Of a DNA stretch of 33,401 nucleotides, positions 18,852 to 28,160 are shown piece after piece. The position numbers were made by a program, and so were the translations under genes. The DNA comes from Candidatus Ratteibacteria bacterium (GTDB lineage Bacteria > Ratteibacteria > UBA8468 > B48-G9 > JAFGKM01). The stretch is taken from the NCBI GenBank assembly GCA_046296715.1, contig JBKBIN010000014.1:1-33401 (forward strand). The letters run 5' to 3'. The notes under the pieces were generated by a model. That model saw only the letters and a program-made list of their open reading frames with translations, did not search any database and had not been told where the DNA came from. Numbering within the stretch: position 1 is the stretch's first letter; every line of letters begins with the position of its first letter.

Positions 18852-21333
18852 CAGAATCTCCTTCCCTTTTTTTGAAAACAAGAAAACTATCTTTTTTGTC
18901 AACAATAACATCATCTCCTTCGCTGAAACTACCTTTTAAAATTTCTTCTGATAAAGGATCTTCTATATATCTTGAAATAGTTCTTTTTAATGGTCTTGCA
19001 CCAAATTCAGGATTTGCTCCTTTTTCTACTAAAAATTTCTTTGCCTCATCTGTTACAATTAGACCAACTTTTAACTCTTTTAACCTTTCTCTAACTTTTT
19101 CAATTTCAATTTCAACAATCTTTAAAAGATGTTCATATGTTAATGGATGAAATATTATTATCTCGTCAAGACGGTTTAAAAATTCTGGTCTAAATGTTTT
19201 TTTCACTTTTTCAAAAATTTCATTTTTTAAATTTTCAAATGATGTTTCTTCCTCTGGAGTTAAAAACCCAATAATAGATTTATTTTTAAGTATTTCTGTC
19301 CCGATGTTTGAAGTCATAATTATAACAGTATTCTTAAAACTTACACTTCTACCAAAACTATCTGTTAAACGACCATCTTCAAGTATTTGAAGTAAAAGAT
19401 TAAATACATCTGGATGGGCTTTTTCAATTTCATCAAAAAGTACAACAGAATAAGGTCTTCTTCTCACTTTTTCAGTTAATTGTCCACCTTCTTCATAGCC
19501 AACATATCCTGGAGGAGCACCTATAAGACGACTTATAGAGAATTTTTCCATATATTCAGACATATCAATCTGTATTAACGCATCTTCATCTCCAAATAAA
19601 AATTCAGCCAATGCTCTTGCAAGAAGAGTTTTCCCAACACCAGTTGGCCCAAGGAAAAGGAAACTGCCTATTGGTTTTCTTACATCTTTTAAACCTGCTC
19701 TTGATCTTCTTACTGCTTTACTTATTTTTTCAATCGCTTCGTCCTGCCCCACAACAATCTTATGTAAATAATTTTCCATTTCAAGCAATTTTTCTTTTTC
19801 TTCTTTGCAAAGTTGAGAAACAGGAATTCCTGTCCATTGTGAAACAACTTCTGCAATATTTTCCTTTGTCAATGTTTTCTTTTCATCTGAAATTAAATTC
19901 ATTAAATTTTCTCTTAAATAATCAATTTTATTTTTAAGTTCTCTTTCTTTATCCCTTAAAGATATCAATAATTCCTGATTTTGTTCCTTTAATGCTTTTT
20001 CTTTCTCTTGCTCAATTAATTCAATCTCTTTTTGAAGTTTTGTTATTTCTTCTGGTTGTTTATAAAGTTTTAATCTTTTCTGACTTGCTGCCTCATCTAT
20101 GAGATCTATTGCTTTATCTGGCAAAAATCTATCTGAAATAAATCTGTCACTTAATTTTGCAGCTGCCTCTATAGCCTCATCTGAAATTTTTATTTTGTGA
20201 TGTGATTCATATTTTTCCCTCAGCCCTTTCAAAATTGCTATTGTCTCTTCAACAGTTGGAGGATTAACTATAACTGGCTGAAATCTCCTTTCAAGTGCTC
20301 CATCTTTTTCTATATATTTTCTGTATTCATCAAGAGTTGTTGCTCCAATACATTGAATTTCACCTCTTGAAAGAACAGGTTTCAAAATATTTGAAGCATC
20401 AATTGCACCTTCTGCACCACCTGCTCCAACAAGTGTATGGATTTCATCAATAAAAATTATTATATTCCCTGAATTTCTGATCTCATCCAGAACAACTTTT
20501 ACTCTCTGCTCAAATTCTCCTCTATATTTTGTACCTGCAACCATTGAAGGTAAATCAATCATAACAATTCTTCTGTCTTTTAATATTTCAGGGATTTTAC
20601 CAGAAGCAATTTGTTGTGCAAGTCCTTCTACAATAGCAGTTTTCCCAACACCTGGTTCTCCAAGCAAAACTGGATTATTCTTTTTTCTTCTACAAAGAAT
20701 TTGAATAACTCTTTCAATTTCTTTTTCTCTTCCTACAACAGGATCAAGCTTCCCTTCTATCGCGAGTTTTGTCAGGTCTCTTCCGAAAATATCAAGTGTT
20801 GGTGTCTTTTGTTTTTTATAAGTTGATGTTTTATGAAAAGCCTCTTTTTCATAAAATTCTCCCTTTTCTTCAGATAAAAATGGGGAAACTCCTGATTCTA
20901 AATCTTTCAAAATTTCTTCTAAAATATTCCTTGCTCTCTCAACAGTTACCCCAAATCTCTTTAAAATTTGTGCAGGTATTGATTCTGATTCAAGTAAAAT
21001 CCCTAATAAAAGATGTTCACTACCAATATATGAATGACCAAAGGCCTGTGCTTCTCTAATTGAATATTCAAGAACTCTTTTGGAGGTTGTGCTTAAAGGT
21101 AATTCACCACTATAAAAAGGAACTCCTCTTTTAATTGTTTTTTCCAGTTCATATTTTAATCTATTGGTTTCAACTCCAAGGTAATTTAATACTGCTATTC
21201 CAACACCCTCTCCTTCCTCAAGCATTGCAAGTAAAATATGTTCTGGTTCAACTTTATTATGTCCATATTTAAGCGCTTCTCTTCTCGCCATATCAAGAAT
21301 TATTTTTACTCTCTTTGTAAATCTTTCAAACAT
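18811..21333 (-). CDS. clpC: ATP-dependent Clp protease ATPase subunit ClpC
   Basis: Two Clp-N repeats, GEPGVGKT and GPTGVGKT Walker A motifs, short coiled-coil M-domain, IGF loop, GARPLKR. Confidence 0.95.
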   Translation of the reverse strand: MFERFTKRVKIILDMARREALKYGHNKVEPEHILLAMLEEGEGVGIAVLNYLGVETNRLKYELEKTIKRGVPFYSGELPLSTTSKRVLEYSIREAQAFGHSYIGSEHLLLGILLESESIPAQILKRFGVTVERARNILEEILKDLESGVSPFLSEEKGEFYEKEAFHKTSTYKKQKTPTLDIFGRDLTKLAIEGKLDPVVGREKEIERVIQILCRRKKNNPVLLGEPGVGKTAIVEGLAQQIASGKIPEILKDRRIVMIDLPSMVAGTKYRGEFEQRVKVVLDEIRNSGNIIIFIDEIHTLVGAGGAEGAIDASNILKPVLSRGEIQCIGATTLDEYRKYIEKDGALERRFQPVIVNPPTVEETIAILKGLREKYESHHKIKISDEAIEAAAKLSDRFISDRFLPDKAIDLIDEAASQKRLKLYKQPEEITKLQKEIELIEQEKEKALKEQNQELLISLRDKERELKNKIDYLRENLMNLISDEKKTLTKENIAEVVSQWTGIPVSQLCKEEKEKLLEMENYLHKIVVGQDEAIEKISKAVRRSRAGLKDVRKPIGSFLFLGPTGVGKTLLARALAEFLFGDEDALIQIDMSEYMEKFSISRLIGAPPGYVGYEEGGQLTEKVRRRPYSVVLFDEIEKAHPDVFNLLLQILEDGRLTDSFGRSVSFKNTVIIMTSNIGTEILKNKSIIGFLTPEEETSFENLKNEIFEKVKKTFRPEFLNRLDEIIIFHPLTYEHLLKIVEIEIEKVRERLKELKVGLIVTDEAKKFLVEKGANPEFGARPLKRTISRYIEDPLSEEILKGSFSEGDDVIVDKKDSFLVFKKREGDSVEKRKNPVSISNP

Positions 21334-22369
21334 TTAATCTCTCCAATATTTCTTTTTTTAATATTTTACCCTTTTTCCCCTGAAAAATATAGTCTTTATT
21401 TTTTTCATTATTTTCAAGGAGATAAAAAAACAAATTTTTTAACTCATACTTTTTAATATCTAAAATACCACTCAAATAAGAAATTGTAAGTAAGGAAAAA
21501 AAGTCATCAAATTGTCCATTACTTTTTTCTTGTTTTAAAATTTTCATAATTTTTTCTTCAATTTTTTTCTTCAGATTTTTATCCTCTTTTATTTTTTCAA
21601 TACAATCTTTCTCTTCTTCTTTAATTAATTTTACCACACTTTCAAGTTCTTCAATAATTTCATTTTCTGTTTTACCAGTTGTTTCTGTTGAGGAAATCTG
21701 AAAAATGCTTCCAAAAGGTAAACTACCTTCTCCATAAAAACCCCTTATAGTTATACCAATACTCTGAATATTTTTAAAGATTATTTTATCTTTTTTAAAA
21801 AATCTAATTCCAGGGATATGAATAAGGACAGAACTCCTTAATCCTGTTCCTATATTTGTTGGACAGGCAGTTAAATAACCCAAATTAGGCAAAAAAGCAT
21901 AATCCAAATTCTTATCTATATAGTCATCAATTTCATTAATGATTTTTAAGCATTTTCTTAAATTAAGACCTGGGAAAATAACCTGAATTCTTAAATGGTC
22001 TTCTTCGTTTATCATTATACTTGTTTTTTTCTCTGGCATTATCACAATCTTATTACAAAGTTCATTTTCAGAAAATTCTCTACTTATAATATGTTTTTCT
22101 ATAAGAGAATTTTTTTGTTTTTCAGTTAAAGATGAAATATTTATCACAAAAGTTTTTTTATAAGGTAATTTTAAAAAAAGTTTAATTAAAATTTCTTCAA
22201 CCTTTTTACTTATTTCAAGTGTCATATTATGTGGAAAAGGATATCCTTTTAAATTTCTTGCAATTCTAACTCTTGAAGTTATTACTATATCATCTATCAA
22301 TTTTGAATAGATCCATCCTGTTTCTTTTTCAATTATATCCCAGTCAAGAGATTTACTTATATTTTTCAT
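21326..22369 (-). CDS. mcsB: Protein arginine kinase McsB (divergent C-terminus)
   Basis: SRVRIARN, NEEDHLRIQ, GYLTACPTNIGTGLR, RGFYGEGS; lies between mcsA and clpC. Confidence 0.9.
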   Translation of the reverse strand: MKNISKSLDWDIIEKETGWIYSKLIDDIVITSRVRIARNLKGYPFPHNMTLEISKKVEEILIKLFLKLPYKKTFVINISSLTEKQKNSLIEKHIISREFSENELCNKIVIMPEKKTSIMINEEDHLRIQVIFPGLNLRKCLKIINEIDDYIDKNLDYAFLPNLGYLTACPTNIGTGLRSSVLIHIPGIRFFKKDKIIFKNIQSIGITIRGFYGEGSLPFGSIFQISSTETTGKTENEIIEELESVVKLIKEEEKDCIEKIKEDKNLKKKIEEKIMKILKQEKSNGQFDDFFSLLTISYLSGILDIKKYELKNLFFYLLENNEKNKDYIFQGKKGKILKKEILERLNV

Positions 22370-22745
22370 TTATCGTTATTTCGTCTATTAAAAAACCTTT
22401 TAAAAGAAGAAATTTTTTTAACTTTTCTTCTTTTTTGAACCTTCGTGGATATTTACCCTTATATAATATATTTGTATGAATTTTTTTCATATAATCTAAA
22501 ACTTCTTTAAAAAAATATTCATAACAGAAATCGCACCCAAGGAATCTATATTCTTTAAAATCATTGATTGTGTAGCCACAGACAGGACAACTAAATCCTT
22601 TTTTATTGTTTTTTTTGGAAGAAGAAAATAAATTATATTTCTCCCAGCAGTTTTTACAAAAACTAAATATATATTTTCCCCTTTTTTTACCTTTAAACTT
22701 TATAGATATATCGCTTTCACTTTTACAGATAAAACACTTACTCAT
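22353..22745 (-). CDS. mcsA: McsA-like kinase activator, short form
   Basis: Four CxxC motifs (CFIC, CKNC, CPVC, LGCDFCY) and IH...GKYP; upstream of mcsB. Confidence 0.85.
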   Translation of the reverse strand: MSKCFICKSESDISIKFKGKKRGKYIFSFCKNCWEKYNLFSSSKKNNKKGFSCPVCGYTINDFKEYRFLGCDFCYEYFFKEVLDYMKKIHTNILYKGKYPRRFKKEEKLKKFLLLKGFLIDEITINEKYK

Positions 22746-23613
22746 AAACAGGAGTTCCTTCTATTTCTGTAAGAAGGCGAAATTCCTCTCTTATTTTTAA
22801 AGTAATCTTTCCTGGTTTTCCATTACCTATAATTCTTTTATCAACAACTACTACAGGAACAATCTCTGCCGCTGTCCCTGTGAGAAAACACTCATCACTT
22901 GTATATATATCATACCTTGTAATATCTTCTTCTTTTATTTTTAAACCAATATTTTCTCCTATATCCATTACTACTTTTCTTGTTATTCCTTCAAGTACTC
23001 CTGCTGAAATCGGTGGAGTTATTAAATCATTCCCTTTAACAATAAAAATATTTTCTCCTGTGCATTCACTTACATATCCAAACTGATTTAAAATTAAACC
23101 TTCTGTTGCGCCAGCATTGTTCGCTTCAATTTTTGCAAGGATATTATTTAAATAATTTAATGATTTTATCGCCGGATTTAATGATTCATTAAAGTTTCTT
23201 CTTGTTGCAACTGTTATAACATCAATACCCTTCTCATAAAAAGATTCAGGATATAATTGAATTTTACTTGCAATAATAAAAATTGTTGGCTTTTTACATT
23301 TCCTTGGATCAAGCCCAAGGTCTCCAACTCCTCTTGTAACAACAACTCTTATATAACTATCCTTTAAATTATTTTTTCTTACAGTTTCTATTACAGTTTT
23401 TTTAAGTTCTTCAATTCCCATTGGAATTTCAAGAAATATTGCTTTTGCAGATTTATAAAGACGATTAATATGTTCATCAAGTTTAAAAATTTTTCCATTA
23501 TAACTTCTCAATCCTTCAAATACACCATCTCCATATAAAAGCCCATGGTCAAAAACAGAAATTTTTGCATCTTTTTCATCTACAAATTTCCCATCAAGAT
23601 ATATTAATCCCAT
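22738..23613 (-). CDS. ilvE: Branched-chain amino acid aminotransferase
   Basis: DHGLLYGDGVFEG, KSLNYLNN, ECTGENIF, LEGITR, GTAAE. Confidence 0.95.
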   Translation of the reverse strand: MGLIYLDGKFVDEKDAKISVFDHGLLYGDGVFEGLRSYNGKIFKLDEHINRLYKSAKAIFLEIPMGIEELKKTVIETVRKNNLKDSYIRVVVTRGVGDLGLDPRKCKKPTIFIIASKIQLYPESFYEKGIDVITVATRRNFNESLNPAIKSLNYLNNILAKIEANNAGATEGLILNQFGYVSECTGENIFIVKGNDLITPPISAGVLEGITRKVVMDIGENIGLKIKEEDITRYDIYTSDECFLTGTAAEIVPVVVVDKRIIGNGKPGKITLKIREEFRLLTEIEGTPVYE

Positions 23614-23615
23614 CT

Positions 23616-24293
23616 TTATCTCCTTTTCTCTACTTTTTCAATTTTACCTTCAATTAAATATACTACTTTTGAAGCAAATTGTAAAAACTTTTCATTATGT
23701 GTTGCTATAACAAAGGTTGTTTTTTTTTCCTTATTAAAATTCTTCATAAATTCAAAAAAAACTTTAGCAGTTTCATTATCAATATTTCCAGTCGGTTCAT
23801 CAGCAAAAATTATTTCTGGTTGACATATTAAACTTCTACATATTGCTACTCTTTGTAATTGCCCACCTGATAATTTAGATGGATAACTATCTTTTTTATC
23901 AAGAATTCCAAAGGCGGAAAGATATTTTTCTCCTTCCTTTAAAAAATCTTTTTTAAACTGTTTTTCTTTAATCCATAAAGGTAAAATAACATTTTCAATA
24001 ACTTTCAATTCAGGAATTAAATGGAAAAATTGAAAAATAAATCCAAATTTTTCATTTCTTATTTTAGAAAGTTGTCTCTCTGTTAAATTTTCAGTATCAA
24101 CATCATCAATAAAAACTTTACCTTCAGTGGGTCTATCAATTAAAGCAAGTAAATTTAATAAAGTAGTTTTCCCTGAACCAGATGGTCCAATTATAACAAC
24201 TATTTCTCCTTTTTCAATCTCAATATTAACTTCCTTAACTCCAATTACCCCATTATAATTTTTAGTTAACCTTTCTCCTTTTATTTTATTCAT
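23616..24293 (-). CDS. lolD: ABC ATPase, LolD-like
   Basis: GPSGSGKT, GFIFQFFHL, LSGGQLQR, ADEPTGNID, ATHN; follows a lolC/E-like gene. Confidence 0.85.
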   Translation of the reverse strand: MNKIKGERLTKNYNGVIGVKEVNIEIEKGEIVVIIGPSGSGKTTLLNLLALIDRPTEGKVFIDDVDTENLTERQLSKIRNEKFGFIFQFFHLIPELKVIENVILPLWIKEKQFKKDFLKEGEKYLSAFGILDKKDSYPSKLSGGQLQRVAICRSLICQPEIIFADEPTGNIDNETAKVFFEFMKNFNKEKKTTFVIATHNEKFLQFASKVVYLIEGKIEKVEKRR

Positions 24294-25467
24294 TTCTTAT
24301 TGCCTCTGCTGGATTAAGTTTTGATGCTCTTTGGGCTGGATAAATACTTGCAACACAACTAACAAAAATTACAAGTAAAAAAATCCAAATAGTATCTAAA
24401 AAAGTTATTTCAATAGGTAATTTAGATATGTCATAAACAAATTCAGGAAGATTTATAAAATTATATTTTTTAAGCAAACTTGCTATTATAAAACCTAAAA
24501 TTATGCCAAAAATTAATCCTTTAATCCCAAGATAGAGCCCTTGATAAAGAAAAATCTTTTTTATTTCTCCGGATGTTAAACCAATTGCCTTTAAGATACC
24601 TATTTCTTTTACCTTTCTATAGACAGATATCATTAATGTTGAGAGTATATTAAAAGAAGCAACTATAACAATTAAACTCAAAATAATTGCCATTGCTTTT
24701 TTTTCAAGTGCTATTGCTGAAAAAAGAATTTTATTTTTTTCTATCCATGTTGTGACATTATATTCTTCATTTATAACTTTTTTTATCTCTTTTGAAATAA
24801 TCGGTGTTTTATATATATCATTAATTTTTATACCAATACCATGAATTCTGTCAACTCCGTAAATCTCCATTAAATTTTTCAAAGAAATAAAACCCATACT
24901 TACATCAAAACTATAGACCCCATACTCAACAATTCCCACAACTTTAAAAATTTTTTCACGAAGGGCAAATCCTAAAATAACAGAAACAAAATCATTTATG
25001 TCAACTCCAAGTTCATTTGCAAGTTCTTTCCCAAGAATAATTCCATTCTCAATATCTTCAAATTTACCTTTTTTAACAAAATTCTTAATATTTGTAACTT
25101 TTTGCTCTTTTTCTGGGTCAATCCCTTTTATAATCCCTCCAATAATATATTTATTTGACTTATAAATTGCTTGTGACATTATATAAGGAGATGCACCTTT
25201 GATTTCGGAAATATTTTTTATTTTCTCAATTATTTCTTCATAATTGTAAATATAAGGTCTCCCTTCAATAGTTATTAGAGGATTTGCTCCTATAATTTTT
25301 CTCTTAAGGTCATTTGAAAAACCATTCATAACTCCAATAACAAGAAGCAGTGTAATAACTCCTATTGAAACACCAAAAACTGCAAAAAAACTTATAAACC
25401 ATAAAAACCTATCTTCTTTTTTATTCCCAATAAACTTTTTAGCAAGAAAGAAATTGTAAGAAATCAT
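24286..25467 (-). CDS. Lipoprotein-releasing ABC permease LolC/E family
   Basis: GVMNGF, GKELA, VASFNI, KEIGILKAIG, YPAQRASKLNPAEAIR. Confidence 0.9.
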   Translation of the reverse strand: MISYNFFLAKKFIGNKKEDRFLWFISFFAVFGVSIGVITLLLVIGVMNGFSNDLKRKIIGANPLITIEGRPYIYNYEEIIEKIKNISEIKGASPYIMSQAIYKSNKYIIGGIIKGIDPEKEQKVTNIKNFVKKGKFEDIENGIILGKELANELGVDINDFVSVILGFALREKIFKVVGIVEYGVYSFDVSMGFISLKNLMEIYGVDRIHGIGIKINDIYKTPIISKEIKKVINEEYNVTTWIEKNKILFSAIALEKKAMAIILSLIVIVASFNILSTLMISVYRKVKEIGILKAIGLTSGEIKKIFLYQGLYLGIKGLIFGIILGFIIASLLKKYNFINLPEFVYDISKLPIEITFLDTIWIFLLVIFVSCVASIYPAQRASKLNPAEAIRNE

Positions 25468-25476
25468 TTCAAAATT

Positions 25477-27360
25477 TTATAATTTTTTAACTTCAATTTT
25501 TCTCCCAATAATTTCTAAAATCTCATCTATATCAGTTATTTTTAAAATCCCTTTAACAAAATTTGCTGAAGGAAGTTTAACATAAGGTTTTTTTATAAGT
25601 GAGTAAAAAGATAAAGGCAATTTTTTTAACGAACAACTTTTTACTAAATCAGAAAATAAACAAACAAATACGGATATAATTGCTCCTTGACGATTTCCAT
25701 ATAAATTTATTCTCTTACAGCCATAATGGTTTAATAATTTTATCACAGAAAGCACATCATAAACTCTTTTACCAAGATAACTTTCTCCAAATAAAATATG
25801 AAATCCATCAAACATATAATCATACCTGTAAGGATTAAAAAAAGTCCTTTTATTTTCAGGCATTGATTCTCCCAGTCCTCTTACATCTATAAAGAAATTA
25901 TTAGTTGTTTGACTTAAGTTTCTTTTTATTTCTTCTTCTGAAGAAATATCAGGAATATAAAGATTTATTTCTTCTTCAACTTCAAGAAAATATGGTCTTT
26001 CTGCTTTTTTCTTTTTCAAAATTACCCAAATATCTTCCTCTGTTTCAACTGCATATCTACCAATTGGTTCTTTTTTAATTGAAACAGGTCTTAAAACTCT
26101 AAAATGTGGGACCTTTATATTTTCAGGTATATTAAGAATTTTCAACAACTCGCTTTTTAAAACATCTTCATTCAACTTTTTTCTGCTTATAATTATCTTA
26201 TCTGCTTTTTCTTTTATAATTTCATAAAGTGGCTTTGAACCATCTAAAATAACATTTCCTTTTTTTGTGCAGAATAAAGTCTCTTCATTTTCTATACTTA
26301 TTTTTGGTTCTAAATTAAAGATTTCTTTACCTAAAATTTTACAAAAAAATGAAACCATTGCCTTTTGTGCCTCTGAATGATATCCATGGGTATTATTCCC
26401 AATAAAATATTCAAAATTTCCTTCTTTATTAAAAATTCTATAAAATGACTGAATTTCATCACATATCTCTTTAAAACCTCTTATGTCAAAGTAATCATAT
26501 TTTTGTCCAAGTAAAATTAAAGGAGATGGCACACGAGAAATAAAAAAATCTGAAATTTCAACTCCATTACCAAGAATCCCTGGTGGGTACTGTTCTCTGT
26601 CCTGTGGTAATTCATTTTCAAGATTATAAAGTAAAGGGGTTATAAAACAACCTGGACTTGCTGCACTTAATCTTTGATCAATTGCCCAAAGGTATGTTGT
26701 TAAAGTTCCACCTCCTGAATTTCCTGTTATTCCAATAAAATTTTTATCCCATTCTTGTCTTGTTGTAATATAATCAATTGCTCTTATACCATCCCATACT
26801 CTATATGAACCAAAAAATTCTCCAATAAGATTCATCTGTTTACCTATCATATTATGGGCAAAACAACAGTCATCTCTAATAGGTAAATTTTTAGGTAATA
26901 AATAGTACTGACTTCTTTCTCCCTGATCAAATGGATCATATATCAAAACTAAAAAACCATTATGAACAAGTCGCTGACAAAATTCTTGATATTTTGGTTC
27001 TGCTTTTCCTTGTCTTGAATGTCCACAAGGTGCAATAACAGCAGGAAAGGGTGGTTTTAAATTTTCAGGTATATAAAGATTTGCAGTAACAAAACAAGAA
27101 GGCATACTCTCAAAAATTATTTTCTCAATTCTATATCCTTTTCTTCTTATTGTTCCTGTTATTTTTGGATTTAAAGGCGTCTTTTCTGATAAAGGGAAGG
27201 GGAAAAATGCTTTTTTTATTTTTTCTCTAATTTCTTGCTGATATTCTTCTGCTTGTTTTTTTTCTTTTATTTCGCTTAATCTTTTTTTTCTCTCATAATA
27301 AACTTTCCTTGTCCTTTTTATAAAATAATCAAACATCATATGTTTATAATCATTTAACAT
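25477..27360 (-). CDS. Two-domain alpha/beta hydrolase (acetyl xylan esterase-like)
   Basis: PCGHS..GK, YDPFDQGER, WDGIRAIDY, GNSGGG; second domain (DVRGLGE, GNRQG) lacks the Ser. Start placed at ATG 27360 with aggag upstream (ORF track start 27378). Confidence 0.75.
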   Translation of the reverse strand: MLNDYKHMMFDYFIKRTRKVYYERKKRLSEIKEKKQAEEYQQEIREKIKKAFFPFPLSEKTPLNPKITGTIRRKGYRIEKIIFESMPSCFVTANLYIPENLKPPFPAVIAPCGHSRQGKAEPKYQEFCQRLVHNGFLVLIYDPFDQGERSQYYLLPKNLPIRDDCCFAHNMIGKQMNLIGEFFGSYRVWDGIRAIDYITTRQEWDKNFIGITGNSGGGTLTTYLWAIDQRLSAASPGCFITPLLYNLENELPQDREQYPPGILGNGVEISDFFISRVPSPLILLGQKYDYFDIRGFKEICDEIQSFYRIFNKEGNFEYFIGNNTHGYHSEAQKAMVSFFCKILGKEIFNLEPKISIENEETLFCTKKGNVILDGSKPLYEIIKEKADKIIISRKKLNEDVLKSELLKILNIPENIKVPHFRVLRPVSIKKEPIGRYAVETEEDIWVILKKKKAERPYFLEVEEEINLYIPDISSEEEIKRNLSQTTNNFFIDVRGLGESMPENKRTFFNPYRYDYMFDGFHILFGESYLGKRVYDVLSVIKLLNHYGCKRINLYGNRQGAIISVFVCLFSDLVKSCSLKKLPLSFYSLIKKPYVKLPSANFVKGILKITDIDEILEIIGRKIEVKKL

Positions 27361-28111
27361 ACAAGCTCCTATAATCAATAATTCTTAAAAACGATTCTAT
27401 TTTCAAACATGCACCACCTACAAGAACTCCATCTATATTTTCTTTTTCCATAAGTTGGTCTATATTTTCTGGTTTTACACTCCCTCCATACATAATGATC
27501 AAATTTTCAGCAATATCTTTATTATAAATTTTTGATATTAATTCACGGATAAAGATATGGACTTCTTCTGCCTGTTCTGGTAAAGCAGTTTTGCCTGTCC
27601 CAATTGCCCAGACAGGTTCATAAGCAATCAAAAGTTTTTCTAACTTATCAAATCCTTCAAGACAATTTTTTATCTGATTTTCAATAACTTTAAATGTTAA
27701 ATTCTTTTCTCTTTCTTCAAGTTTTTCTCCAACACATAAAATTGCTTTCATATCATTTTCAACAATTTTTTTTACCTTTTTGTTAATAATCTTGTCTGTT
27801 TCTCCAAAAATATTCCTTCTTTCAGAATGTCCACATATAACATATTCAACTCCTATATCCTTAAGCATCAAAGGTGAAATTTCTCCAGTATATGCTCCTT
27901 CATTTTCAAAATAAACATTTTGAGCACCAAGTTTAATTGAAGAATTTTTTAAAATTTCAGAAACAGGATAAAGAGATGTAAAAGGTGGACAGATTAAAAC
28001 ATCCCTATCATTATATTTTTTTACCTTTTCTTTCAATTCTTTAACAAAATTTATTGATTCTGTTGGTGTTTTATACATTTTCCAGTTGCCTGCTATAATT
28101 GATTTTCTCAT
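27350..28111 (-). CDS. tpiA: Triosephosphate isomerase
   Basis: AGNWKM, GHSERR, AYEPVWAIGTG, YGGSV, LVGGA. Confidence 0.98.
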   Translation of the reverse strand: MRKSIIAGNWKMYKTPTESINFVKELKEKVKKYNDRDVLICPPFTSLYPVSEILKNSSIKLGAQNVYFENEGAYTGEISPLMLKDIGVEYVICGHSERRNIFGETDKIINKKVKKIVENDMKAILCVGEKLEEREKNLTFKVIENQIKNCLEGFDKLEKLLIAYEPVWAIGTGKTALPEQAEEVHIFIRELISKIYNKDIAENLIIMYGGSVKPENIDQLMEKENIDGVLVGGACLKIESFLRIIDYRSLYVK

Positions 28112-28160
28112 TTTTTCTCCTTTAATTTGAAAATTTAAAAGGGGATTTTAAAAAGAAATT

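Noticed and set aside
18852..18914. N-terminal extension of BamA (likewise LpxA, MFS and the 25477 hydrolase)
   Set aside because: Longest-ORF artefacts; downstream starts fit SD position, gene packing or family N-termini better.
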